The position numbers and the translations under genes are program-made. Positions 1 through 9,753 of a stretch of 64,000 bases of DNA are shown in pieces. The notes under the pieces are model-generated. The model was not told where the DNA came from. It ran no database searches and saw only the letters and a list, made by a program, of their open reading frames with translations. Positions within the stretch are counted from its first letter, which is position 1. The number at the start of each line of letters is the position of its first letter. The DNA comes from an uncultured Planctomycetales bacterium. Its GTDB lineage: Bacteria; Omnitrophota; Gorgyraeia; Zapsychrales; Fredricksoniimonadaceae. The stretch covers positions 518,518 to 582,517 of the forward strand of contig CAZNDZ010000001.1 in NCBI GenBank assembly GCA_964572155.1, written 5' to 3'.

Positions 1-1
1 T

Positions 2-394
2 TATCCCAACAATATCATGGTCAATGTGCATGTGTCGTGGGCAGATCCTAAGAAGGTGCGCCAGATCACGGTTGTTGGGGATAAGAAAATGTTGGCGTGG
101 GATGATCTGGATCCCGACGGTCCCATCAAGCTCTACGATAAACACGTTGAGAAAACCAATGTGTATTATGAAACCTATGGCGAGTTTCAATTGCTCTCGC
201 GCGAAGGCAGCATCACGATTCCAAAGATTGGTTTTAATGAACCATTAAAAGCGCAGGCGCAATATTTTGCCGATTGCATTGAGAAAAACGCAGATCCTGT
301 TTTATCAAATGCCCGTCGAGCCTATGATGTGGTTAATACCTTATGTGCGATCAGTGAATCGATGAATCAAAAGGGGGCGATGGTAAAGCTATGA
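2..394 (+). CDS. Gfo/Idh/MocA-family sugar-nucleotide oxidoreductase (WbpB-like), C-terminal part; the 5' end lies upstream of the window
   Basis: The reading frame is open from the window edge. The translation matches the C-terminal alpha/beta domain of Gfo/Idh/MocA dehydrogenases. It is followed by an acetyltransferase and a GT2, typical of a sugar-modification cluster. Confidence 0.55.
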   Translation, partial: YPNNIMVNVHVSWADPKKVRQITVVGDKKMLAWDDLDPDGPIKLYDKHVEKTNVYYETYGEFQLLSREGSITIPKIGFNEPLKAQAQYFADCIEKNADPVLSNARRAYDVVNTLCAISESMNQKGAMVKL

Positions 395-849
395 GTTTTA
401 AAGCCCATGAAAAAGCCTTAGTATCTCCCAATGCCACAATAGGTGATCGCACCCGTGTTTGGGCTTTTGCCAATATTTTAGAGGGCGCTGTCATTGGCCA
501 AGATTGCAATATTTGTGATGGTTGCTTTATCGAAAAAGGTGCTGTGATAGGCAATCATGTGACCTTGAAAAACCACGTCTGTGTTTGGGATGGGGTGACC
601 TTAGAAGATAATGTCTTCGTCGGTGCAGGGGCTACATTTATCAATGACCGCAACCCTAAGAGCGGTCGCACAGATGCATGGGTTTTAGAGAAAACCTTAG
701 TTAAAAAGGGTGCATCGATCGGTGCTAATGCCACCATCATGTGTGGCATTACGATTGGCGAAGGCGCTGTTGTTGGCGCAGGTAGTGTCGTCACCAAAAA
801 TGTGGCAGCCCATACGACGGTGGTTGGAAATCCTGCCAAAAAGATATGA
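391..849 (+). CDS. Hexapeptide-repeat (left-handed beta-helix) N-acetyltransferase, WbpD/WxcM-like
   Basis: Repeated [LIV]-G-x-x-x-x hexapeptide pattern throughout (for example '[23 protein letters not shown]' and '[13 protein letters not shown]'). The start overlaps the upstream stop by 4 nt. Confidence 0.7.
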   Translation: MSFKAHEKALVSPNATIGDRTRVWAFANILEGAVIGQDCNICDGCFIEKGAVIGNHVTLKNHVCVWDGVTLEDNVFVGAGATFINDRNPKSGRTDAWVLEKTLVKKGASIGANATIMCGITIGEGAVVGAGSVVTKNVAAHTTVVGNPAKKI

Positions 850-1583
850 ACCCCAAAATTTTAGTCTGTCCCATTGCGTATAACGAGAAAATAAAGATTA
901 AGAATGTCATTGAGCGATTTTTAGATTGTCGCGCTTATGGGAAGGTTGATTATTTGGTCATGGATGATGGTTCCGACGATGGAACTAGTGATGTCATCGC
1001 ATCTTACGCATCCAAAGGGGTGATGACCAAACGCCACGCACAACGTAGCGGTGTTGGCGCGGCCATTCGCACCGCGATCTTTTATGCGCGGGACAATGGC
1101 TATGATATCATCGTGATCATGGCGGGCAATGATAAGGATAATCCTCAAGAAATCCCCGCCTTGCTTGAACCGATCGTCGATCAGGGTTTTGATATTATCC
1201 AAGGGTCGCGTTATTTGAATAAAGATGGTTCCGGCGGAGATATGCCTTTTTACCGCAAGCTCGCAACGCGCATGCATCCATATGTTTTTACGCTGTTGAC
1301 AGGAACTAAGGTGACAGACACGACCAATGGTTTTCGTGCTATGCGTTTGACGATGTTTAGTGATGCCCGCATTAATTTGGCACAAGAATGGCTCAATACC
1401 TACGAACTTGAACCATATATTTTATGGAAAGCAGCGACGTTAAAATTAAAGTTTAAAGAAGTTGGCGTCACAAAGATTTATCCGCCCAAGAAATTAGGCG
1501 GCTATACCAAGATGATCCCCATCCTTAGTTGGTGGAGCATCCTTAAACCGTTGTTTTATTTAAAGCTAGGAATAAAAAAATGA
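846..1583 (+). CDS. Family-2 glycosyltransferase (dolichyl-phosphate mannose/glucose synthase-like)
   Basis: '[12 protein letters not shown]' DxD-type motif and a GT-A fold signature. A C-terminal hydrophobic segment is present. Confidence 0.7.
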   Translation: MNPKILVCPIAYNEKIKIKNVIERFLDCRAYGKVDYLVMDDGSDDGTSDVIASYASKGVMTKRHAQRSGVGAAIRTAIFYARDNGYDIIVIMAGNDKDNPQEIPALLEPIVDQGFDIIQGSRYLNKDGSGGDMPFYRKLATRMHPYVFTLLTGTKVTDTTNGFRAMRLTMFSDARINLAQEWLNTYELEPYILWKAATLKLKFKEVGVTKIYPPKKLGGYTKMIPILSWWSILKPLFYLKLGIKK

Positions 1584-2293
1584 AATTATCAGGGAAGAAT
1601 CCTGTCTTAGAGCGCATCAAGAGTAATCCTAAATCCATCCGTCGATTATTCATCGAAGAGGGGCATGCCGAATACGAGTATGTGCAAAAGAAATGTCATC
1701 AACATGGCATTCCCATCATGATTGTGCCGTATACCAAGATTCAGAAGATGGCTAATAGCACCAGCACTCAAGGAATTTTGGCGGAGATTGAAGATTTTGT
1801 GTATGCAGACTTTAACGATCTTTTGCAGGTTGCCTTAACAAAGAATCGCATTCTAATTTTCTTAGACAATATCACCGATCCACAAAACTTAGGCGGCATT
1901 GTCCGTTCTGCAGGCGCGCTTGGTGTTTTTGATTTGGTTATCCCGACGACCGAGGCTGTTGGTGTGACCGAGGCGGTGTTGCGTGTTGCCTGTGGCGGTG
2001 AGAATTTCTTAAGCATTGCCAAGGTTTCTAATTTAGCCAATGCGATTACAAAGGCCAAGGATGCAGGTTTTTGGATTGCAGGCACGTCGATTGTGGATGC
2101 AAAGTCTTTATATGATGTAAAATTTGAAAGTCCTTTGGGCTTAGTTTTTGGTTCAGAAGCAAAAGGTATCCGTGATGTGGTTCGCAAGAAACTTGATTGT
2201 GAAGTTATGATTCCCATGAAAGAAAGGATGTCACTCAATGTCTCGCACGCGCTTGCGATCTTCTGCGTTGAAGCCCTCCGTCAACGCGCTTAA
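1580..2293 (+). CDS. SpoU/TrmH-family RNA 2'-O-methyltransferase, RlmB-like with an N-terminal substrate-binding domain
   Basis: Motifs 'LDNITDPQNLGGIVRSAGALG', 'LVFGSEAKGI' and 'IPMKERMSLNVSHALAIF' are canonical SPOUT motifs I-III. Confidence 0.75.
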   Translation: MKLSGKNPVLERIKSNPKSIRRLFIEEGHAEYEYVQKKCHQHGIPIMIVPYTKIQKMANSTSTQGILAEIEDFVYADFNDLLQVALTKNRILIFLDNITDPQNLGGIVRSAGALGVFDLVIPTTEAVGVTEAVLRVACGGENFLSIAKVSNLANAITKAKDAGFWIAGTSIVDAKSLYDVKFESPLGLVFGSEAKGIRDVVRKKLDCEVMIPMKERMSLNVSHALAIFCVEALRQRA

Positions 2294-2846
2294 TTTCTTT
2301 GCTGAAGCTGGCTTGCTAAAACGCGTTAAACGCAGCGGCTGGTGGGTGGCGGGCATTGAAAACCCAGAATCCGTCGCTGAACATTGTTTTCGTTGCGCGG
2401 TCATTGCTTTTTATATTGCTATCAAAGAAGATGTGGATCCTTACAAAGCGGTTGTGATGGCTTTGTTTAATGACATTCACGAAGCACGCATCAATGATTT
2501 GCACAAAATGGGGCATTACTACATTGAATTTCGTGATGCTGAGAAAAAAGTATTCGAAGATCAGATCAAATTGCTTGATGAAAAAGTAACGCGTGAACTT
2601 AGATCGTTGCGTAAGAACTATGATGATCAAAAGACCAAAGAGAGCATTGTCACGCGTGATGCGGACATCTTAGAATGTTTGCTTCAAGCCAAAGAATATG
2701 TGGATAACGGGTATCCTGTTGCTAAAACATTTTTTAATCGCGCACCGTCGTATTTAAAAACTAAAACCGCTAAGGTATTATGGGCTCAGGTTAAAACATG
2801 GGACAGTCACACGTGGTGGCAGCATGTGGTCAAATTCGAACGTTAA
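2238..2846 (+). CDS. HD-domain phosphohydrolase (YfbR-like 5'-deoxynucleotidase family)
   Basis: The 'AEHCFRCAVIA ... H ... D' HD motif aligns with YfbR-type proteins. The real start is probably downstream of 2238, for example TTG 2268, because the ORF-track start overlaps the previous gene by 55 nt. Confidence 0.65.
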   Translation: MSRTRLRSSALKPSVNALNFFAEAGLLKRVKRSGWWVAGIENPESVAEHCFRCAVIAFYIAIKEDVDPYKAVVMALFNDIHEARINDLHKMGHYYIEFRDAEKKVFEDQIKLLDEKVTRELRSLRKNYDDQKTKESIVTRDADILECLLQAKEYVDNGYPVAKTFFNRAPSYLKTKTAKVLWAQVKTWDSHTWWQHVVKFER

Positions 2847-3598
2847 TCCCTAAGGCATTATTTGCGCTGCTGCTGATATCCTGCCTTGGTGGTTGTGTTA
2901 CCTACAATGCAGCGACTGGCCGTAATGAAATGATCTTTGTGTCCACCTCAACCGAGGTGAACATGGGCAATCAACTAGATCGAGAACTCTCCTCTAAAAA
3001 TAAAATTTTAAAAGACACCCCTGCCTCAAAACGCTTAGAGCGCATTGGCCAACGTGTTGCGCGCATTTCCGACCGTCAAGATTATGCTTATCATTTTCAT
3101 TTGGTTGAATCCAAAGATGTCAATGCCTTTACAACCCCCGGCGGGCACATTTATTTTTATACGGGATTATTCGATAAGTTAACAACAGATGATCAAATTG
3201 CAGCGGTCATTGCTCACGAGATTGGGCATTGCTCTGCTAAGCATACCATTAAAAAATTTCAGGCAGCGATGGGGTATGGGGTTGTGCGCAATGTGGCGTT
3301 GCAAGTATTGTCTATGAAAGTTCCTGGCGCAACCAATATTGCTTCTCTTGGATCGGATGGCATTATGCAATTGGCCATGACCTCGTATGGCCGTCAAGAT
3401 GAGTACGAAGCAGACCGGTTAGGAATTAAATATCTATATTTGTCCGGTTACGATTTAAATGCTATGATACAAGTGTTTCATGTGCTTGAAGCAAGTGATA
3501 AGTCTAAGGTGCCATTGATTTTACGGACGCACCCGTTTGTCAAAGACCGCATCGCGGCATTGGGTAAAGCAATCGAGGATGTTAAATCTAAATATTAG
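2798..3598 (+). CDS. M48-family zinc metalloprotease lipoprotein (LoiP/YcaL/BepA-like)
   Basis: 'HEIGH' zincin motif. A signal peptide with a lipobox-like 'CLGGC'. The true start is probably GTG 2813/2816, since the track start overlaps the HD gene. Confidence 0.75.
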   Translation: MGQSHVVAACGQIRTLIPKALFALLLISCLGGCVTYNAATGRNEMIFVSTSTEVNMGNQLDRELSSKNKILKDTPASKRLERIGQRVARISDRQDYAYHFHLVESKDVNAFTTPGGHIYFYTGLFDKLTTDDQIAAVIAHEIGHCSAKHTIKKFQAAMGYGVVRNVALQVLSMKVPGATNIASLGSDGIMQLAMTSYGRQDEYEADRLGIKYLYLSGYDLNAMIQVFHVLEASDKSKVPLILRTHPFVKDRIAALGKAIEDVKSKY

Positions 3599-3601
3599 CG
3601 T

Positions 3602-5194
3602 ATGAAGAAAAAATTAGATTACTTAGAGCAAGCACTCACCGAATCCAAAGAGATCTTCAAGATCGTCTTCGAAAATTCCCCTGAAGCAATCACTGTAACT
3701 GATAAAGAAGAACGCATTGTCGCTTGGAATCCCATGGCGGAAAAGCTCCTTGGGATGGACAAGACCGATTTATTTAATAAGAGCGTCAAAGAATTATACC
3801 CTATCGACGAGTGGCAGCGCATGCGGGGTCTTAATATCCGCAAGACCGGTTGGTTGTCTGACATTCAAACCAAGGTTATTCGCAAAGATGGTTCCCTGCT
3901 TGATGTCAGCGCGTCGATCACGGTGCTCAAAGATACCCGTGGCCAAATCATGGGCGCGATTGGTATTTTAAGAGACCTTTCCCGTCAGAAAGTTTTTGAA
4001 GAACAATTATTAGCCGCCAAGTTAGCGGCGGAAGAAGCTAATCAAGCCAAGAGTGTTTTCCTTGCCAAAATGTCTCATGAGGTGCGCACCCCTATGAATG
4101 CGATCATTGGGATGATGGATTTAACACTCGATACACCGTTGACCGAAGAACAAAAAGATAATATCCGCGTTGCCAAAGATGCGGCGGATAATTTGTTAAG
4201 TTTGATTAATGATATTTTGGATCTTTCACGTGCACAGGCAGGTAAGGTTGTCATCGAAGAAATTGAGATCAACGTTACGGATATTGTTAAAAATGTATGT
4301 AAAGCGTTGTCGGTCATTGCCCGCAATAAGAACATTGATTTAGTTTGGGAGATTGATCCAAAATTACCGCGTTTGATGATGGGCGATCCAGTGCGCTTGC
4401 GTCAGGTGCTCGTTAATATCATCAGCAATGCTGTGAAATTTACTAATAAGGGCAGGGTCACGGTCAATGTGAAGGTTGAGTCATTGCGTGAAAAAGATTG
4501 CATGGTATGTTTTGAGATCATCGATCAAGGGATTGGTATCCCAGCTAAGAATTTGCCCAATATTTTTGATGTGTTTACCGAAGCGCATAATACAACCGCC
4601 CGTCGCTATGGTGGGACAGGTTTAGGGTTGGCCATTTGTAAGAAGTTGGTTGAAATGATGCGCGGTTCTATCGTTGTTGAAAGTGCTGAGGGTGCTGGCA
4701 GTACATTTCGATTTAAGATCATTTTCTTGGTTAATCCAGAGATGCTGCGCAAGCATGCACATAATATTCGCAATGAACTCGAAAATATTGGTGTCTTACC
4801 TGAGACATTACGCAACTTACGCATCTTATTAGCAGAAGATGATCCTGTAAATCAACGCATTGCCATGAAGACATTAGAAAAGTTTGGCTGGAAAGCCACC
4901 GCCGTAGGTGATGGGCAGGAAGTGTTGGATTTGTTAGCCAAACAAGCCTTTGATGTGATTTTGATGGATGATTCTATGCCCAAATTAAGCGGGATCGAAA
5001 CAACCCATGTTATCCGTCGGGAAGAAAAGCAAACGGGCATGCACATTCCCATCATTGCCATGACAGCAAACGCGATGGCCGGTGATAGGGAACGTTATAT
5101 TGCCGAAGGCATGGACGGGTATGTATCAAAACCATTTGATCGGAGTGTGCTGTATAACGAGATTGTGAATTTAGTCGCGCAACAACAAAGTTAA
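3602..5194 (+). CDS. Hybrid sensor histidine kinase (PAS, HisKA, HATPase, C-terminal receiver)
   Basis: PAS-like N-terminus. H-box 'MSHEVRTPMNAI'. N/G boxes 'ISNAVKFT' and 'GGTGLGLAICKKLVE'. Receiver with 'LLAEDD' and 'DSMPKLSG'. Confidence 0.85.
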   Translation: MKKKLDYLEQALTESKEIFKIVFENSPEAITVTDKEERIVAWNPMAEKLLGMDKTDLFNKSVKELYPIDEWQRMRGLNIRKTGWLSDIQTKVIRKDGSLLDVSASITVLKDTRGQIMGAIGILRDLSRQKVFEEQLLAAKLAAEEANQAKSVFLAKMSHEVRTPMNAIIGMMDLTLDTPLTEEQKDNIRVAKDAADNLLSLINDILDLSRAQAGKVVIEEIEINVTDIVKNVCKALSVIARNKNIDLVWEIDPKLPRLMMGDPVRLRQVLVNIISNAVKFTNKGRVTVNVKVESLREKDCMVCFEIIDQGIGIPAKNLPNIFDVFTEAHNTTARRYGGTGLGLAICKKLVEMMRGSIVVESAEGAGSTFRFKIIFLVNPEMLRKHAHNIRNELENIGVLPETLRNLRILLAEDDPVNQRIAMKTLEKFGWKATAVGDGQEVLDLLAKQAFDVILMDDSMPKLSGIETTHVIRREEKQTGMHIPIIAMTANAMAGDRERYIAEGMDGYVSKPFDRSVLYNEIVNLVAQQQS

Positions 5195-5210
5195 TTTAAC
5201 ATGTAAGGGA

Positions 5211-5573
5211 GTGGTAATGGAAACAGAAATCATTGATTTGCCAGAAGTTTTAGAACGCGTACAAGACGATAAAGAGCTCTTAGTTGAGCTGTTTGATATT
5301 TATCAAAATGACTTTGTGAAGAAACGTCAGTCGTTGGGTGATGCCATTGCCGCCAATGACATTGTTAAAATCAAAGAAGTGGCGCATTCCATGAAGGGCG
5401 CGTCGGGTAATATTTCCGCAAAGAAAATCTATGGTTCTTGTTTGGCATTGGAACAATTAGCTAAGTCTAATACTACGACGGGAATGATGGATTTGGTTAA
5501 AGAAATTGATGCCCAATTTGAACAAGTCAAAGTTAGAACAGCCCAATTAGCCAAGGAGTGGGGCGGGGGATGA
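5211..5573 (+). CDS. Hpt (histidine phosphotransfer) domain protein
   Basis: 'HSMKGASGNISAKKI' is the conserved Hpt phospho-histidine helix. It lies directly downstream of the hybrid kinase. Confidence 0.7.
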   Translation: MVMETEIIDLPEVLERVQDDKELLVELFDIYQNDFVKKRQSLGDAIAANDIVKIKEVAHSMKGASGNISAKKIYGSCLALEQLAKSNTTTGMMDLVKEIDAQFEQVKVRTAQLAKEWGGG

Positions 5574-7108
5574 TCGCCTACCTTGGATTTATCCTAATTG
5601 CTTTATGTGCATATTTTAATGCGTTAAGCCTGCCGTTTGTTCATGATGAAATTGTTTTAATCCTCAAGAATCCAAACATCGCTCATTTTAGCGATATGTT
5701 CCGTGTATTTTTTGCTCCCTCAGGTTTGCCCTTTGAGGGAAATACTTATTATCGCCCCGTCTTAGAATTACTTTACCGCATTGAATATTTCTTCTATGGG
5801 TTTAATCCGTTGGGTTGGCATGCTTTTAATATTGTGCTGCATGGCATCAACGGGGCATTGGTCATGCGTTTGATACAAGCGTTGGGATTCAACCGTGGTG
5901 TTGCATTAGCTGTTGCCATTTTATTTGTTGTGCATCCCATACAGACAGAATCGGTGGCATGTGTCGCGGGCGTATCCAATGTGCTCATGGCGTTCTTTGT
6001 ATTGTTAAGTTTAATTGCTTATTTAAAAGATCGTACGATATCGTCGGTGTTCTATCTGGTTGTTGCATTGATGACCAAGGAGCAAGCGATCATGATAGTG
6101 CCGCTTTTTCTATTAATGGATTGGTATCGCGGCAAGAAACACGCTGTTCGTTTGGGTGTTTTTGCTAGTGTTGTGGTGATTTTTCTGATCATTCGTCAAA
6201 ATTTGACCGGATCACATGTCTTGGCAGATATCTTTGCCTCTCCCGGTGAGCTAAAATTGCGGGTATTGTCCATTGCTAAAGTTTTGTTAACCAATATTCG
6301 ATTGCTGATCTTACCCTATGATTTGCATTATTACCGTTCAACCGACATTTTAGCGACGTATTGGTCATGGTGGGCAGGCCTAGGCATTGCCCTCTTAGTT
6401 CTAATCCGTTTTAATTTGCGTTTTGTTTGGTTTGGGGTAGCATTCTTTTTCTTAGCGTTATTACCGGTGTTAAACATTGTCCCCATGGTGAATGAATATG
6501 CGCTCATCTTAAGCATGGAGCACTTTTTATATGTGCCGATGATAGGTATTATGTTGGTTTTAGTGTGCACCATTGCCCACTTTTGTCGCAAACATACGGA
6601 ACAAATTTTCTTAATCTTCGTTACATGTTTCTTCTTTATCACGTTGACACAAAATGAGTTTTGGCGCAGTGAAATCATTTTGTTTGAACGCACGGTTGCA
6701 TATGAGCCAGAGTTTGGCAGGGGGCATTATCTTTTAGCGCGGGCCTACTATTTTGATAATCACTACGTGGATGCAAATGAGCATTTTGCGAAATCTTATG
6801 CTATTATGGATGGGTATTCTCGTAAGGCCGTCGGCGCTCAAGCTAAGGCATTTTATGATCGTTACAAAAAAGACATTTTGTTTGATTGGGCGCATAGTTA
6901 TGAGGCCATGGGCTATTGGAATTTAGCAGAACGTAAATATCGCCAAGCCATTGATATTGATCCCAACGATCCTCGATTATGGGATAACTTAGGCGTTGTT
7001 TATGTGCAGACAGGGAAATCAAATGAATCCATCGAATATTTTGAAAAAGCATTGATGGTTGACCCAAATTTCAAGCTTGCCCAAGAACATTTAAAACAAA
7101 TAAAGTAA
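5558..7108 (+). CDS. Polytopic membrane protein with C-terminal TPR repeats (DUF1736/TMTC- or PMT-like putative glycosyltransferase)
   Basis: Contains 'YYRPVLELLYRIEYFFYGFNPLGWHAFNIVLHGINGALV' (YRP ... H-x-x-N-x-x-LH signature) and about 10 transmembrane segments. A TPR-like helical C-terminus carries 'WNLAERKYRQAIDIDPNDPRLWDNLGVVYVQTG'. Confidence 0.65.
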   Translation: MGRGMIAYLGFILIALCAYFNALSLPFVHDEIVLILKNPNIAHFSDMFRVFFAPSGLPFEGNTYYRPVLELLYRIEYFFYGFNPLGWHAFNIVLHGINGALVMRLIQALGFNRGVALAVAILFVVHPIQTESVACVAGVSNVLMAFFVLLSLIAYLKDRTISSVFYLVVALMTKEQAIMIVPLFLLMDWYRGKKHAVRLGVFASVVVIFLIIRQNLTGSHVLADIFASPGELKLRVLSIAKVLLTNIRLLILPYDLHYYRSTDILATYWSWWAGLGIALLVLIRFNLRFVWFGVAFFFLALLPVLNIVPMVNEYALILSMEHFLYVPMIGIMLVLVCTIAHFCRKHTEQIFLIFVTCFFFITLTQNEFWRSEIILFERTVAYEPEFGRGHYLLARAYYFDNHYVDANEHFAKSYAIMDGYSRKAVGAQAKAFYDRYKKDILFDWAHSYEAMGYWNLAERKYRQAIDIDPNDPRLWDNLGVVYVQTGKSNESIEYFEKALMVDPNFKLAQEHLKQIK

Positions 7109-7118
7109 GGAAACGCGT

Positions 7119-7763
7119 ATGTTGTGGATGATTGGGGCCATTGTGGCCGTTTTATTATTGATTGCGTTTATGATTTATAAGTTACCCGCAGACCAAGCGG
7201 CGAAACGCAAAAAGGAAAAGAAAGTCGCGCTACCAACCGACCCTGATGCCAAAGATTGGAAAGAAATTGCCATTCGCTGGGAGAAGAAAAATAATGCCTT
7301 GTTGGGTGATGTTGAGAAAATGGCGATGAATGAAAAGAAGTTGCTTAAAGACATTGAAGCACAGAAAGAACATGTAAGTGCGATGATCGATAAGATGGCT
7401 TTGGAAAAGAGTTGGCGTGAAAAAGAACAGGGTGGTTTAGAAAAAGCGCGTCATCATGAAAAAGAGTTAAGAGAGCAAATCATGCGCACCGAGAAAGATT
7501 TAGAGAAAGAACATTCGCTGCGTCTGCAATTTGAACGAGAATTACAAGAGCTAAGAATAAAGTTTGATCAAACTCAAGAAGAGAAGCGTCAAGCAACAGT
7601 TAATGCATCGTCGTTGTCAACAACGGTTAAGCAATTGCAGTCGCAAGTCAAAGATTTGACCAAGGTCAACGAAGAGTTGAAGCAGCGTCGTGAAGATGTC
7701 CAATGGGTCGCAAAATCAGAATACGATGAGTTGTTGCGCAAATATAAGGCTTTAGAGAAATAA
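7119..7763 (+). CDS. Membrane-anchored coiled-coil protein, function unknown
   Basis: One N-terminal TM helix followed by charged heptad-rich sequence (K/E/R/Q-rich). No recognisable catalytic motif. Confidence 0.45.
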   Translation: MLWMIGAIVAVLLLIAFMIYKLPADQAAKRKKEKKVALPTDPDAKDWKEIAIRWEKKNNALLGDVEKMAMNEKKLLKDIEAQKEHVSAMIDKMALEKSWREKEQGGLEKARHHEKELREQIMRTEKDLEKEHSLRLQFERELQELRIKFDQTQEEKRQATVNASSLSTTVKQLQSQVKDLTKVNEELKQRREDVQWVAKSEYDELLRKYKALEK

Positions 7764-8884
7764 TGTTTTCAAAGCGCACACAATGGGATCAAGCCTTAAA
7801 TGACCTGCATCAAACGCTAGAAGTGTTACGTAGCAGCGGCGCCGATGTGATTGATGCGACGGAATCAAATCCTACCCGTTGTGGTTTTGTTTATCCTACA
7901 CCGTGGCTGTCAGCGTTGGCATCCCCTGAAAATTTAACCTATGACCCGCAAGCTGCGGGTTTGGCCAGCACACGAGCGGCAGTTGGAAAATTTTGTGATT
8001 TTGATCCAACCAAGATTCTTTTAACAGCAAGCACCTCGGAATCATATTCGTTCTTATTTCGTTTATTGCTAGATCCCGACGATCATGTGTTAATCCCAGC
8101 GCCAAGTTATCCGCTATTTCAATTTTTATTAGAATTAAACGATGCTACCTATGATTATTACCCTCTTAAATATGACGGCACATGGACCATTGATTTTGAT
8201 GTTTTAGAAAACTTAGTTGGGCCGCGTACCAAGGCAATTGTGTTGGTCAATCCCAATAACCCTACGGGTTCTTATCTGAAAGAAGAAGAGCTGTTTTTGT
8301 TAAATATGTTTTGTAAGAAACATCATCTCGCCATTATTAGCGACGAAGTGTTTATGGATTACCGTTTGCAGGAAGGTAATTTTGTCTCGCTTAAAAATAA
8401 TGTGGATGTTTTAACATTTGTCTTAAGTGGTCTCTCTAAGACCTTGGCGTTGCCGCAAATGAAATTAGGCTGGATCTTAACCAGCGGCCCCGAGGCACAT
8501 GTGAAAGAAGCTTTGACGCGTCTTGAAATTATTGCCGATACCTATTTATCAGTCAATACACCCGTGCAACATGCAGCAGAAATGTGGCTGGGTCAAGCAG
8601 CTTTGATACAAGATCAGATCAAGGATAGGGTAAGGGTAAATTTAGCGACGATCAAGGCGTCAGGTTTAAATGTGTTAGATGTTGAGGGTGGGTGGTATGC
8701 GATCATTGCTATGCCAAATGTTCAAGAGGAAACCCTTGTTTTGGATCTGTTAAAACAGCATCAAATCCTCGTGCACCCAGGCTTCTTTTTTGATTTTCCA
8801 GAGAGCGGTTATGTGGTGGTAAGTTTATTGCCGAGTGTCGTGCATTTTGATAAGATGGTAAAAATCTTAAGGAGTTATTCATGA
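7763..8884 (+). CDS. PLP-dependent aminotransferase, class I/II
   Basis: 'LVNPNNPTGS' and 'SGLSKTLALPQMKLGW' (PLP-lysine region) are typical of fold-type I aspartate/alanine aminotransferases. Confidence 0.7.
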   Translation: MFSKRTQWDQALNDLHQTLEVLRSSGADVIDATESNPTRCGFVYPTPWLSALASPENLTYDPQAAGLASTRAAVGKFCDFDPTKILLTASTSESYSFLFRLLLDPDDHVLIPAPSYPLFQFLLELNDATYDYYPLKYDGTWTIDFDVLENLVGPRTKAIVLVNPNNPTGSYLKEEELFLLNMFCKKHHLAIISDEVFMDYRLQEGNFVSLKNNVDVLTFVLSGLSKTLALPQMKLGWILTSGPEAHVKEALTRLEIIADTYLSVNTPVQHAAEMWLGQAALIQDQIKDRVRVNLATIKASGLNVLDVEGGWYAIIAMPNVQEETLVLDLLKQHQILVHPGFFFDFPESGYVVVSLLPSVVHFDKMVKILRSYS

Positions 8885-9357
8885 AGCGACCAAATTGGGA
8901 TGAATATTTTTTGAAGTTAGCGATGTTGGCATCTGAACGTGCCACTTGCCCACGCATGCATTGCGGTTGTGTTCTCGTGAAGAACAAGAGTGTTATTTCA
9001 ACGGGATATAATGGTTCAATCCCAGGGGATGAACATTGTGAAGATGCAGGGTGTTTGATTGTTGATAATCATTGCGTGCGCACCGTACATGCTGAGATGA
9101 ATGCCTTGATCCAAGCTGCCCGTCGTGGCAATGCCGTTGAAGGGGCTAGTGCCTATATCACCAATATGCCTTGCACCACCTGTGCCAAGGCTTTGATCAC
9201 CGCTGGTGTTAAGCGTGTTATCATTTTCTCAGAATTTCATGACACCATGGCCGAAGATTTCTTCGCGAAAGCAAAAGTTGATATTGAGCGTATTGTGATG
9301 CCGCAAACCGCTATTCAGTACGATTTGAAAAACTATTCTTCTGCTAGGAAAGCATAA
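8881..9357 (+). CDS. Deoxycytidylate (dCMP) deaminase / ComEB-family cytidine-deoxycytidylate deaminase
   Basis: 'HAEMNAL' (H-A-E zinc motif) and 'PCTTCAKAL' (PC-x-x-C). Confidence 0.75.
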   Translation: MKRPNWDEYFLKLAMLASERATCPRMHCGCVLVKNKSVISTGYNGSIPGDEHCEDAGCLIVDNHCVRTVHAEMNALIQAARRGNAVEGASAYITNMPCTTCAKALITAGVKRVIIFSEFHDTMAEDFFAKAKVDIERIVMPQTAIQYDLKNYSSARKA

Positions 9358-9360
9358 ATC

Positions 9361-9753
9361 ATGTCCGCGATTAAAGTCTTATTAGCTGACGATGAACCAA
9401 GCATTTTAGAAATCATGGCACGCAAGATCGAAGATGCGGGCTATGGCGTGATTGCGGTTAATAATGGTAAAACAGCTTGGGAAAAGATTCAAAGCGAAGA
9501 GCCTGATGTCATCATCTTAGATGTGACCATGCCTGAGATGGATGGTTGGGAAGTGCTAAAACGCGTACGCAGTAATCCCGCACCGAAAAAATGGCAGCCT
9601 ATCATCATGGTGTCCGCTCTCGACGAGACGAATCATTTAAAACAAGGTTTTGATTTAAGCGCGGATCATTATATTGCTAAGCCTTGTCGCATTGAAGATG
9701 TGATCAAGGCCATTCGCTTGATGGTTTCCTTAATTCCGATGCGTTATGTTTAA
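9361..9753 (+). CDS. Single-domain response regulator (CheY-like receiver)
   Basis: 'VLLADDEPSIL ... DVIILDVTMPEMDGWEV ... MVSAL' carries the receiver acidic pocket and phospho-Asp. Confidence 0.8.
   Translation: MSAIKVLLADDEPSILEIMARKIEDAGYGVIAVNNGKTAWEKIQSEEPDVIILDVTMPEMDGWEVLKRVRSNPAPKKWQPIIMVSALDETNHLKQGFDLSADHYIAKPCRIEDVIKAIRLMVSLIPMRYV

Noticed and set aside
921-1385. 154-aa minus-strand ORF inside the GT2 gene, one example of the many antisense ORFs in the track (also 1768-2238, 2316-2630, 23223-23747, 54471-54884 and others)
   Set aside because: These lie entirely within well-supported plus-strand genes, have no recognisable motifs, and are typical shadow ORFs.
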